From an uncultured Chitinophaga sp. (GTDB lineage Bacteria > Bacteroidota > Bacteroidia > UBA7662), in contig CAZNWC010000005.1 of assembly GCA_964577055.1 (NCBI GenBank), positions 50,924 to 114,923 on the forward strand: DNA of 64,000 nt, written 5' to 3'. Below, piece after piece: positions 27,493-36,285 of this stretch; position 1 is the first letter of the stretch, and each line of letters opens with the position of its first letter. The notes beneath the pieces are model-generated. The model made no database searches. It saw nothing but the letters and a program-made list of their open reading frames with translations, and had not been told where the DNA came from. The translations under genes and the position numbers were made by a program.

Positions 27493-29043
27493 TCAGATAT
27501 TGATTTGCTCACCGTTGGGGTGGAAAAAATGGTACTCGTTGATTTGGTAACTCGCTTCCGATTTTACCTTTACCCAACTTCTGTACTTGAGCCACCAACG
27601 GATTTGCCTACTCATGAGGCCTTTGGTAAAAAAGGCTGCTAAGTATGGATGGGTGTGCAATTCGATTTTTTTCTCGTTTTGCTCCTGCACGATGTAACGC
27701 AAGTGGGCTTCAACTTCATCAGAAAGCAGAATACTCGGCCTGATGTGTCCTGTTCCTTCGCAAGTTGGGCATACTTCTTGGGTTACCACATTTACTTCGG
27801 GACGGACACGCTGACGCGTAATTTGCAACAAACCAAATTTCGATATGGGCAATACGGTATGCTTCGCCCGATCGGTTTTCATGGCTTGGCTCATACGCTC
27901 ATACACCAATTTTTTATTGGCTGCCTTGCGCATATCAATGAAGTCGATAACGATAATACCCCCCATATCGCGTAAACGCAACTGGCGTGCTATTTCATCT
28001 GCAGCTTCGAGATTGGTATTAAGCGCATTGTTCTCCTGATCGGTCTCTTGCTTCATCCGGTTGCCGCTGTTCACGTCGATGACATGCAATGCCTCCGTAT
28101 GTTCAATGATGATATAGGCGCCTCCCGGCATGGTGACATTCTTGCCAAATGCACTTTTCACCTGTTTATCGATGCCGAAATGCTCGAACATGTCTTGCTT
28201 GCTCTTGTAAAGCTTCACGATGTCGGCTTTATCAGGAGCAATACTGCTGACGTACTCTTTCACCTCTTCGTGCATCCGGGGATCATCGAAGTAAATAGAT
28301 TGAAAAGAATCATTGAGCAAGTCACGAAGCATGCTGGTGGTGCGGGCAACTTCTTGCACAAGGCGATCGGCGGGCTTGGCCTGCTTCAACAAACCAATGG
28401 CTGCCTCCCACTTCTGAACAAGTTCTTGGATGTCTCTTTCCAGCTCTTCTGCTTCACAACCAATGGCCGCAGTCCTAACAATAACACCAAAATTCTTGGG
28501 CTTGACCCCCAAAGCTATTTGCTTCAACCGCTTTTTCTCGGCATTGTCGGCTACCTTTTTCGAAATATTCACCGAATCGCCGAAAGGAACCAAAACACAA
28601 TACCTTCCCGCTATCGATAACTCACTGCTGAGCCTTGGGCCTTTGGTGCTGATAGGCTCTTTTACCACCTGTACAACTACCAAATCGCCCTTACTTACAA
28701 GGTCTGCAATCTTTCCATCTTTTTGAATCTCTTCTTCAAGACGGAAATTTTGTAAAATGCCACTTTTCTTTTTACCCGAAAGAATGTCTTCCGAGAATTT
28801 TTTTAAGGAGTTGTACTGCGGACCGAGGTCGAGATAATGCAAAAACGCATCTTTCTCATACCCAATATCCACAAAACAGGCATTCAAGCCAGGAATCACC
28901 TTTTTGACTTTCCCTAAATAGATATCACCTACTTGAAAGGATTTGTCGTTGATTTCTTGGCTGAACTCCACAAGCCTTTTGTCTTCGAACATGGCAATTT
29001 CGAAGCCGGTGGGCGTACTCCTTACATATAAGGACTTGTTCAA
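27493..29043 (-). CDS. rng: Ribonuclease E/G family endoribonuclease
   Basis: S1 domain GDIYLGKVKKVIPGLNACFVDIGYEKDAFLH, catalytic core IIVIDFIDM, and Zn-link CPTCEGTG. The TTG at 29043 (NKSLYVRSTPTGFEIAMFEDKRL) aligns with the E. coli Rng N-terminus. The GTG at 29100 would overlap an upstream terminator. Confidence 0.88.
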   Translation of the reverse strand: MNKSLYVRSTPTGFEIAMFEDKRLVEFSQEINDKSFQVGDIYLGKVKKVIPGLNACFVDIGYEKDAFLHYLDLGPQYNSLKKFSEDILSGKKKSGILQNFRLEEEIQKDGKIADLVSKGDLVVVQVVKEPISTKGPRLSSELSIAGRYCVLVPFGDSVNISKKVADNAEKKRLKQIALGVKPKNFGVIVRTAAIGCEAEELERDIQELVQKWEAAIGLLKQAKPADRLVQEVARTTSMLRDLLNDSFQSIYFDDPRMHEEVKEYVSSIAPDKADIVKLYKSKQDMFEHFGIDKQVKSAFGKNVTMPGGAYIIIEHTEALHVIDVNSGNRMKQETDQENNALNTNLEAADEIARQLRLRDMGGIIVIDFIDMRKAANKKLVYERMSQAMKTDRAKHTVLPISKFGLLQITRQRVRPEVNVVTQEVCPTCEGTGHIRPSILLSDEVEAHLRYIVQEQNEKKIELHTHPYLAAFFTKGLMSRQIRWWLKYRSWVKVKSEASYQINEYHFFHPNGEQINI

Positions 29044-29089
29044 GGAACCTCCTTTTGTAAAGCTTATGGAAAAATTAAATGTCGAAACC

Positions 29090-29124
29090 GACAAAAACAC
29101 TGATACCTGCCCAAGCAGGTATCA
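29090..29124 (-). terminator. Intrinsic terminator after the bS22-like mini-gene
   Basis: Perfect 10-bp hairpin tgatacctgc-ccaa-gcaggtatca (29101-29124), followed on the minus strand by GUGUUUUUGU. Confidence 0.65.
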
Positions 29125-29141
29125 GTATTCTGAAAAGAAAA

Positions 29142-29231
29142 TTATTTCTTTTTGTGACGATTTTTTCTGAGGCGCTTTTTACGCTTGTGAGTAGCAATCT
29201 TATGACGCTTTCTTTTCTTACCGCAAGGCAT
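29142..29231 (-). CDS. 29-aa highly basic protein, bS22-type (AURKAIP1/COX24-like) small ribosomal protein
   Basis: Below the ORF-track cutoff. The minus strand reads ATG...TAA as MPCGKKRKRHKIATHKRKKRLRKNRHKKK. This resembles the conserved Bacteroidota mini-protein (MPSGKKRKRHK.ATHKRKKR...) as I recall it. Confidence 0.6.
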   Translation of the reverse strand: MPCGKKRKRHKIATHKRKKRLRKNRHKKK

Positions 29232-29241
29232 AATGAATGTT

Positions 29242-30084
29242 TTAAGGGGTTGAACTTTTGATTTTTTCTATGAATTCGTCCACCTGAGCGATTATTTGCT
29301 CATCGCGAACCAATCCTTTGTATTGCTCTAAATTTTTGACGGCCGCTTCCAATTGGCCGTTGTTGTAGTAAGCTTCGCCTAATCCAAGGTAGGCATCGGC
29401 ATAGGCCGGATACCAGGTCGCCAATTGCTGGTAGCGTTCAATGGCCTTGTCGTTCTGACCACTTGTTATGGCCAAGCGGGCAAGGTGCACATTTGCTCTC
29501 AAATGTTTAGGGTCTTCCTTTACAATATTGAGCAGTTGCTGAATACCCATCATGGGCTGAGGAGAACTAAGTACTACCAAGTTTGCCAAATCAGCTTTAA
29601 TGTCAAGGTCTTCTGGAGCAATGGCTACAGCCTCTTCCATGGCCGACTTTGCCTTGGCAAACAGAAAGTTGCGCAACAAAGTGTCGGTGGCCATTTCAGC
29701 AGCAGCTTGGAATCGACTACCGGCCAGCATGAAGGCTGCCGACTGCTTTTCAAGCTCAGCTGCTTGCAAATGATAAACCCCCGCTGCAGCGTACTGACCT
29801 TTGGTGTCCCAAAAGGCGGCCAAACTACGCAGCATGCCAGCGCGTTGCATAGGGGTGTTCACTGTGTCCAAAGCGGCCAAAACAGGTTGAAGTTTGTTCT
29901 TTTCTTCTTCCTGCAACCCGCTTTGTGCAATATCCAGCAAAGCATTGTCATCCATACCGCGCGTCGCTGCCATGGCTTCTGGCGCCATAGTATCTTGGGT
30001 AAGCACAGTTTTTTTGCCGAACACAAAAATGCTTACGCCAAGGGCGATGCAGGCAGCTACAACAACGAGCTGGGTTTTGTTCAT
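29242..30084 (-). CDS. Tetratricopeptide-repeat protein with N-terminal membrane anchor
   Basis: N-terminal TM (LVVVAACIALGVSIFVF) and TPR-like helical repeats (AYADAYLGLGEAYYNNGQLEAAVKNLEQY). Confidence 0.7.
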   Translation of the reverse strand: MNKTQLVVVAACIALGVSIFVFGKKTVLTQDTMAPEAMAATRGMDDNALLDIAQSGLQEEEKNKLQPVLAALDTVNTPMQRAGMLRSLAAFWDTKGQYAAAGVYHLQAAELEKQSAAFMLAGSRFQAAAEMATDTLLRNFLFAKAKSAMEEAVAIAPEDLDIKADLANLVVLSSPQPMMGIQQLLNIVKEDPKHLRANVHLARLAITSGQNDKAIERYQQLATWYPAYADAYLGLGEAYYNNGQLEAAVKNLEQYKGLVRDEQIIAQVDEFIEKIKSSTP

Positions 30085-30383
30085 CAGGCGATTGCTCCGT
30101 TTTTAATGGTATCTTTCACCTCGTCAATGAACTGTTTCGAAGGCTTAAAGTGTGGGATGAAGTGCTCAGGAATTTCGATGGATGTGTTGCGCGAAATATT
30201 CCGGGCAATTTTTCTTGCTCGCTTTTTAACGATGAAGCTGCCAAATCCACGCACATAGATGTTCTCTCCATTTTTAATGGAATCTTTCACTACGGTGAAA
30301 AAGGCTTCCACTACCTGTTGAACATCCACCTTCTCAATGCCGGTTTCTTCGGCAATCTGGCTAATCACTTCTGCTTTTGTCAT
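30084..30383 (-). CDS. HU/IHF family DNA-binding protein
   Basis: MTKAEVISQIAEETGIEKVDVQQVVEAFF...VRGFGSFIVKKRARKIARNISRNTSIEIPEHFIPHFKPSK is the canonical HU fold signature. Confidence 0.9.
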   Translation of the reverse strand: MTKAEVISQIAEETGIEKVDVQQVVEAFFTVVKDSIKNGENIYVRGFGSFIVKKRARKIARNISRNTSIEIPEHFIPHFKPSKQFIDEVKDTIKNGAIA

Positions 30384-30424
30384 CTTGATAACTATTAAAG
30401 ACTGTCTATTTTTGAAACGGAATG

Positions 30425-30432
30425 CAAAAATA
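30425..30432 (-). promoter_or_regulatory. Candidate -7 promoter element for the HU gene
   Basis: The minus strand reads TATTTTTG (TAnnTTTG), 41 nt upstream of the HU ATG. No clear -33 TTTG partner was seen. Confidence 0.3.
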
Positions 30433-30489
30433 CAGTATTAGCTCGAATTCCGAAGCTGTAACTTGTTTAAATATAAAGATTTGTAGCCG

Positions 30490-31548
30490 ATGCACGCATG
30501 GAGTGAAAAATTGATAGCCTGGTATTCAGAACATAAGCGCGATTTGCCTTGGCGATTGACAAAAGACCCTTATCAGATCTGGCTTTCCGAAATCATCTTG
30601 CAACAGACCCGTGTGCAGCAAGGGCTCCCCTATTTTGAACGCTTTATGACACTTTTCCCAACGGTTGATGACTTGGCCTCAGCCTCTCTTGAGCAAGTGA
30701 TGCATGCGTGGCAGGGGTTGGGCTATTACAGCCGTGCGCGCAACTTGCATCAGGCAGCCAATCAAGTGGTGCATATGCATGGGGGAAAGTTTCCGGCAAC
30801 GCATGCTGAATTGTTGAAGTTAAAGGGGGTAGGGCCTTACACGGCAGCTGCCATTGCTTCTTTTGCCTTCGATTTACCACATCCAGTGGTCGATGGCAAT
30901 GTTTATCGGGTTTTGTCGCGCTATTTCGGGATGCACGAAGCCATTGATCAGCCTGCTGCCTTTAAACTGTACGCTGCCGTTGCGGAGAAATTGTTACCAC
31001 CTGAACAGCCAGCCGATTTCAACCAAGCCATCATGGAATTCGGTGCTACACAATGTGTGCCTGCCAATCCGGACTGTGATAACTGCATATTTGCCTCCGA
31101 TTGTGTTGCTTTTGCCAAGGCAGAGGTTTCTTTGCTACCTCTAAAAGCGGGAAAGGTTAAAGTCAAATCACGATATTTCAATTATCTCGTCCTTCATCAA
31201 AATGACGGGGTGTTCATGAAAGAAAGGCTTGCCAAAGATATTTGGCAGCACCTGTGGGATTTTGAATTAAAGGAGTCGGAATCTGCACTTCAAGAGCAGG
31301 AAATTGTTGCGCATATGGAGCAAAAATTTTCATTTCTACCGGAGGATTTTCAGTTAAAGGCTTACAGTGAGGAATTTACGCATCTTTTAACGCATCAGCG
31401 GATTACATCAAGGTTTTGGCTGGTTCAAATTTTTTCTAACTTGCACGATAAGGAGCTTAAATTTGTACCGGTAAGTTCTCTGGACAACAAACCGCTACCC
31501 CGACTGATAGAAAAGTTTTTAAACAAGTACAGGCAATGGCTGGATTGA
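30490..31548 (+). CDS. mutY: A/G-specific adenine DNA glycosylase
   Basis: HhH-GPD region GLGYYSRARNL...LKGVGPYTAAAI, the [4Fe-4S] motif CVPANPDCDNCIFASDC (C-x6-C-x2-C-x5-C), and a NUDIX-like C-terminal domain. Confidence 0.92.
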   Translation: MHAWSEKLIAWYSEHKRDLPWRLTKDPYQIWLSEIILQQTRVQQGLPYFERFMTLFPTVDDLASASLEQVMHAWQGLGYYSRARNLHQAANQVVHMHGGKFPATHAELLKLKGVGPYTAAAIASFAFDLPHPVVDGNVYRVLSRYFGMHEAIDQPAAFKLYAAVAEKLLPPEQPADFNQAIMEFGATQCVPANPDCDNCIFASDCVAFAKAEVSLLPLKAGKVKVKSRYFNYLVLHQNDGVFMKERLAKDIWQHLWDFELKESESALQEQEIVAHMEQKFSFLPEDFQLKAYSEEFTHLLTHQRITSRFWLVQIFSNLHDKELKFVPVSSLDNKPLPRLIEKFLNKYRQWLD

Positions 31549-31985
31549 ACAAAGTAATGCTCATTGGAAATTTGGGGAAAGACCCAGAGGTAAAAACCTT
31601 GGACAACGGCGCAAAAATCGCCACTTTCCCGCTGGCAACTTCCGAAAATTACAAAGACAAAGACGGTAATAGGCAAACGCGAACCGAATGGCATAATCTT
31701 GTGCTGTGGCGAGGATTGGCGGACATTGCTGAGAATTACCTTCACAAAGGTTCACAGGTGTTTGTTGAAGGCCGTCTGTCAACCCGTAAGTGGGAAGACA
31801 AAGAAGGGCATACGCGTTATACTACAGAAGTGATAGGCGATAACTTGGTACTCCTGAATAGGGCCGGGGAAGCCAATCCACAAAATGCGCAATCAAACAC
31901 CGGAGGTTTCGGCAATGCTTACCCAGCCAGCCGTTCCGGAAATGATGACTTGATGACAGATGCGGCTGATGACTTGCCCTTCTGA
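31536..31985 (+). CDS. ssb: Single-stranded DNA-binding protein
   Basis: OB fold LNKVMLIGNLGKDPE...TEWHNLVLW...VFVEGRLSTRKWEDKEG, and an acidic tip ending DDLPF. Confidence 0.95.
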   Translation: MAGLNKVMLIGNLGKDPEVKTLDNGAKIATFPLATSENYKDKDGNRQTRTEWHNLVLWRGLADIAENYLHKGSQVFVEGRLSTRKWEDKEGHTRYTTEVIGDNLVLLNRAGEANPQNAQSNTGGFGNAYPASRSGNDDLMTDAADDLPF

Positions 31986-32001
31986 TGTTTTACTTAAATA
32001 A

Positions 32002-33384
32002 TTGATTTTGGATAACCCCGACGAGGTTCCGCAAGCCCTGGCTTTTTGGCTGCAAATTCAAATGCATGCTTCTGTACCCGAATTACTGGTGGCTTGCGTA
32101 ATCATTGCATTTTTACTTTGGCTTTCTGCCCTCATTTCAGGCTCTGAAGTTGCATACTTTTCTTTGGGCCGCAATGAACTTGAAATACTTGAGGCAGGTG
32201 AAAACAAGGCCGACAAAGGAGTTCTTCAGTTAATCAACCGCCCGAAAGACCTGTTAGCAGGCTTACTCATTGCCAACAACACAGTGAATGTAAGCATTGT
32301 CATTATATCCTACTACATTACGTTCAGAGGGTTTTCGTTTGGTGAAATGGAGTGGTTGGGATATTTGATTCAAACCGTCGTAGTTACTTTTTTCATCGTC
32401 ATGTTTGGTGAGGTGGTGCCCAAGGTTTACGCTACCGAAAACAATCTTAGGGTCGCCAGAAGGTTACAACCCTATGTCTCGGCCTTGCTCTGGATTACCA
32501 TGCCATTTATCAAAATATTGGTTTTGGGCACACAGATAATTGACAGTAGAATCAAAAATCAAAGTCAACAAGTATCGAAAGACGAACTCAACCAGGCCAT
32601 TGAAATGACCTATGATGAAGAGCCTGCATATCCCGATGAAAAGGATATCTTAAAGGGCATTGTGAATTTTGGAGAAATAACGACCAAGCAAATCATGGTG
32701 CCCCGACAAGAAATAAAGGCTGTGAGCATTGAAAGCAAATTCGAAGAATTGCTGGTACAGGTAACAGATTGGGGTTACTCACGCGTTCCGGTCTATCGCG
32801 AATCGCTCGATCAAGTGGAAGGAATTCTCTACTTGAAAGATTTGTTGCGTCATGCAGGGGAGTCACCCGACTACAATTGGTTGTTGCTCTTGAGAAAGCC
32901 GTTTTTTGTGCCAGAAAAGAAGAAAATAGATGATCTTTTCCGTGATTTCCAAAAAAAGCACACCCACATTGCTGTGGTGGTAGATGAATATGGCGGTTGC
33001 TCAGGCTTGATTACCTTAGAAGATGTGCTTGAAGAAATTGTTGGAGAAATCAACGACGAATACGACGAAATTGAAGAGAGCCAAATAAAGCAGCTCGATG
33101 AGCATGTGTTTTTATGTGAAGCAAGGGTGTTGTTGCATGATTTGAGCAGACAAACTGGTCTCGACCTTGGATTATTTGAGGAATACCTTTCCGATGCTGA
33201 CACCCTTGCAGGATTGGTGCTCGAATTGGCTGGTAAGTTCCCTGAAATAGGTGAAGAGATTCAACATGCAGGCTACAGATTTTTTGTTACCGAAGCAGAC
33301 GACCGCCGGATCAAAACCATCCGTTTAGAAGTTCCAACACCCGACTTGGTCAATAATGGCAATGAAAATGTACAAGATGTCTAA
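32002..33384 (+). CDS. gldE: Gliding-motility protein GldE (CNNM/TlyC/CorC family: DUF21 TM domain, CBS pair, CorC_HlyC)
   Basis: DUF21 membrane domain, CBS pair, HIAVVVDEYGGCSGLITLEDVLEEIVGEI, and a CorC C-terminal domain. It lies directly after mutY-ssb and before gldD, as I recall for Flavobacterium johnsoniae. TTG start. Confidence 0.75.
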   Translation: MILDNPDEVPQALAFWLQIQMHASVPELLVACVIIAFLLWLSALISGSEVAYFSLGRNELEILEAGENKADKGVLQLINRPKDLLAGLLIANNTVNVSIVIISYYITFRGFSFGEMEWLGYLIQTVVVTFFIVMFGEVVPKVYATENNLRVARRLQPYVSALLWITMPFIKILVLGTQIIDSRIKNQSQQVSKDELNQAIEMTYDEEPAYPDEKDILKGIVNFGEITTKQIMVPRQEIKAVSIESKFEELLVQVTDWGYSRVPVYRESLDQVEGILYLKDLLRHAGESPDYNWLLLLRKPFFVPEKKKIDDLFRDFQKKHTHIAVVVDEYGGCSGLITLEDVLEEIVGEINDEYDEIEESQIKQLDEHVFLCEARVLLHDLSRQTGLDLGLFEEYLSDADTLAGLVLELAGKFPEIGEEIQHAGYRFFVTEADDRRIKTIRLEVPTPDLVNNGNENVQDV

Positions 33385-33955
33385 GACTGCTGTTTTGATT
33401 TGTATGGTTGTTGGAATGCTGCAAGCTTGTGTGAAGGATGCAGAAGATAGTCCTAAGCCCTATGCATTTCACCGCATTGATTTGCCCAGTACGGCTTATG
33501 AAGCTTGGCAAGGCAATTGTCCGTTTGCCTTTCAGAAAGCCAAAGCAGCGAGCATAGTGCTACCTAAGGATAGCGCGCAGAAGTGTTGGATAAATATCGA
33601 ATATCCAAGTATACAAGCCACACTGTACCTGACTTACGGAAGTATCGACGAATTGCGTCCACTGGGAAAATATATCGCAGAAGCACAACGCCTCACCTAC
33701 AAGCATGCTGTTAAAGCAAGCTCGATTGAGGAAATCACCATTTTTAATACCGAAAAGCGCGTTTTTGGGCTTTATTACAAAGTTGGAGGAAACGCAGCGA
33801 GCAATTCGCAGTTTTATCTGACCGACTCCACCCATCATTTCGTTCGGGGTTCTATTTATTTTTACGCCACACCAAGAGCTGATAGCTTGGCACCTTTGGT
33901 GGAATACGTTCAAAAAGATGTTGAGCACTTGCTCAACAGTTTTGAATGGCTTTGA
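33356..33955 (+). CDS. gldD: Gliding-motility lipoprotein GldD
   Basis: About 190 aa, lipobox VVGMLQAC, immediately downstream of gldE and overlapping it. Confidence 0.6.
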   Translation: MAMKMYKMSKTAVLICMVVGMLQACVKDAEDSPKPYAFHRIDLPSTAYEAWQGNCPFAFQKAKAASIVLPKDSAQKCWINIEYPSIQATLYLTYGSIDELRPLGKYIAEAQRLTYKHAVKASSIEEITIFNTEKRVFGLYYKVGGNAASNSQFYLTDSTHHFVRGSIYFYATPRADSLAPLVEYVQKDVEHLLNSFEWL

Positions 33956-33985
33956 ACAGCAGGAGCCGATAACTATTTTTACAGT

Positions 33986-36103
33986 GTGACTTCCCATAAA
34001 GCTGCATTTTTTCAAACACCCATCGAATATTTGAAGGGAGTGGGGCCATCTCGTGCTGAACTTCTTAAAAAGGAATTGAACATTGGTGTTTTTGAAGATT
34101 TGTTGCAGTATTATCCTTTTCGACACATAGACCGCACGCGATTTTACAAGATTGTAGAATTGCAAGAATCTTTGAGTTTGGTTCAATTGAAAGGTCGCAT
34201 CACTTCTTTGCAATTGCAAGGAGAAGGCAACAAAAAGAGGTTAGTGGCTCTATTTGCCGATGGAACCGGCCAAATGGAATTGATATGGTTTCAGGGTATC
34301 AAATGGATTCAGTCAGGCTTAAATTTGAATACCACATATGTTGTTTTTGGTAAACCGGTAAATTTTAGGGGTGCCTTTTCAATGGTGCATCCCGAAATTG
34401 AAGCGGCCGAAAATGTTCGTCAGCAACAAGGCGTTCTATTGCTTCAGCCGGTTTATGCCACCACTGATAAACTGCGACAGCGATTTCTCGACCCAAAAGG
34501 TATTGCCAAACTCACTTGGCATTTGCTCGAGCAAGGATATGCCCATATTCATGAAAATATCCCCCTGGGAATACGTCAAAAACACCGTTTGATGGACAGA
34601 AAGCTGGCTTTTCGCCATGTCCATTTTCCTGATTCAATTGCCAACCTGGAGGCTGCACGACGGCGTTTGAAGTTTGAAGAGCTATTTTTTCTTCAATTCG
34701 GCATGATTTGGAACAAGCGAGCCCGACAAGCCGGAAGCAGGGGTTTCTTATTTGGAAAGGTGGGCGACTATTTTCATACATTTTACAACGAACAACTGCC
34801 ATTTGCGCTCACGAATGCCCAAAAGAGGGTGTTGCGGGAAATCAGGGCCGACGTAGGCAGTGGACGGCAAATGAACAGATTGCTGCAAGGCGATGTTGGC
34901 AGTGGTAAAACGGTTGTGGCATTGCTAAGCATGCTTTTGGCGGTCGACAATGGCTATCAAGCTTGTCTTATGGCGCCTACTGAAATTTTGGCCATGCAGC
35001 ACTATCAGTCTTTGGCTGAGTTGTTACAAGGTACGGGTCTGCGTATTGGCTTGCTAACAGGAAGTACCAAAACCAAGGAAAGAAGGATTTTACATCAGCA
35101 ATTGCAATCAGGTGATTTGCATTTTCTAGTCGGAACCCATGCGTTGGTAGAGCCTGAGGTGGTATTTAAAAATTTAGGTTTAACCATTATCGATGAACAA
35201 CATCGCTTTGGTGTTGAACAAAGAGCAGCTCTTTGGTCCAAAAACAAAATCCATCCACATGTTTTAGTCATGACCGCCACGCCTATTCCACGCACCCTGG
35301 CAATGACGCTTTATGGCGATTTGGATGTATCGGTGATTGATGAACTGCCACAAGGTAGAAAGCCAATCAAAACCATACACGCTACAGATGCACAACGCGT
35401 GCGCGTATTTGATTTTATGCGCGAACAAATTGCCTTGGGCCGACAAGTGTACATTGTATACCCAATGATAGAAGAATCGGATAAAAATGATTTAAAGTAC
35501 CTGGTCGATGGATATGAATCTATTTGCAGGGCATTTCCACGTCCGAACTATCAGGTAAGCATCGTGCATGGAAAAATGAAGCCGGAGGACAAGCAAAAAG
35601 AGATGCAACAATTTGTATCGGGAAGGGCACAAATCATGGTTGCAACAACGGTAATTGAAGTGGGGGTAAATGTGCCTAATGCCTCTGTGATGATCATTGA
35701 AAATGCCGAAAGATTTGGACTTTCTCAACTCCATCAATTAAGAGGAAGGGTTGGACGTGGGGTAGATCAATCTTACTGCGTTTTAATGACCAAATCGGCC
35801 TTGAGCCAAGATGGTGCCACCCGAATCAATACCATGGTAGAAACAAATGATGGGTTTCGCATATCAGAGGTTGACCTGCAGCTACGTGGCCCAGGTGATT
35901 TGGCTGGAACGCAACAGAGTGGAACAATCGATTTTACCATTGCAAGTCTTACCGAAGATGGAGAGCTGCTAGCAGAAGCCCGTGAAGCCGTGGAATATCT
36001 GTTACAGCACGACCCTGACTTGCGGGGCCACGAAGCACGCTTGTTGGTGCTGTCTTATCAGGAAATGCAGCGAAAGCACAAAAACTGGAGTAGTATTAGT
36101 TAA
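33986..36103 (+). CDS. recG: ATP-dependent DNA helicase RecG
   Basis: Wedge domain, Walker A GDVGSGKTVVAL, DEQHRFG, TATPIPRTL, and the QLHQLRGRVGRG motif. GTG start. Confidence 0.93.
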   Translation: MTSHKAAFFQTPIEYLKGVGPSRAELLKKELNIGVFEDLLQYYPFRHIDRTRFYKIVELQESLSLVQLKGRITSLQLQGEGNKKRLVALFADGTGQMELIWFQGIKWIQSGLNLNTTYVVFGKPVNFRGAFSMVHPEIEAAENVRQQQGVLLLQPVYATTDKLRQRFLDPKGIAKLTWHLLEQGYAHIHENIPLGIRQKHRLMDRKLAFRHVHFPDSIANLEAARRRLKFEELFFLQFGMIWNKRARQAGSRGFLFGKVGDYFHTFYNEQLPFALTNAQKRVLREIRADVGSGRQMNRLLQGDVGSGKTVVALLSMLLAVDNGYQACLMAPTEILAMQHYQSLAELLQGTGLRIGLLTGSTKTKERRILHQQLQSGDLHFLVGTHALVEPEVVFKNLGLTIIDEQHRFGVEQRAALWSKNKIHPHVLVMTATPIPRTLAMTLYGDLDVSVIDELPQGRKPIKTIHATDAQRVRVFDFMREQIALGRQVYIVYPMIEESDKNDLKYLVDGYESICRAFPRPNYQVSIVHGKMKPEDKQKEMQQFVSGRAQIMVATTVIEVGVNVPNASVMIIENAERFGLSQLHQLRGRVGRGVDQSYCVLMTKSALSQDGATRINTMVETNDGFRISEVDLQLRGPGDLAGTQQSGTIDFTIASLTEDGELLAEAREAVEYLLQHDPDLRGHEARLLVLSYQEMQRKHKNWSSIS

Positions 36104-36112
36104 TGGCAAGCT

Positions 36113-36271
36113 TTAACGCAGGGCTCTGTAAAACATCACAAGTAGACAAAATAGGAACATCAATATGCTTATCTTATTGATGCCATGCATGACTTTTAAG
36201 TTGAAGTTATTGGTTTTATGTGGCCCATTGGGCTTGAAAACCTGGATGAAGTAGCTGACAATCTGTTTCAT
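36113..36271 (-). CDS. Small membrane protein (52 aa), hypothetical
   Basis: MKQIVSYFIQVFKPNGPHKTNNFNLKVMHGINKISILMFLFCLLVMFYRALR. It has one C-terminal TM. The Met at 36271 avoids overlap with rodA. Confidence 0.4.
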   Translation of the reverse strand: MKQIVSYFIQVFKPNGPHKTNNFNLKVMHGINKISILMFLFCLLVMFYRALR

Positions 36272-36285
36272 AATTGCTAAACCAT

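Noticed and set aside
29425-30258. 277-aa plus-strand ORF
   Set aside because: It is antisense to the TPR and HU genes, with no motifs. The HU gene on the other strand is unambiguous.
33560-34219. 219-aa minus-strand ORF
   Set aside because: It is antisense to gldD and the start of recG, with a low-complexity translation and no motifs.
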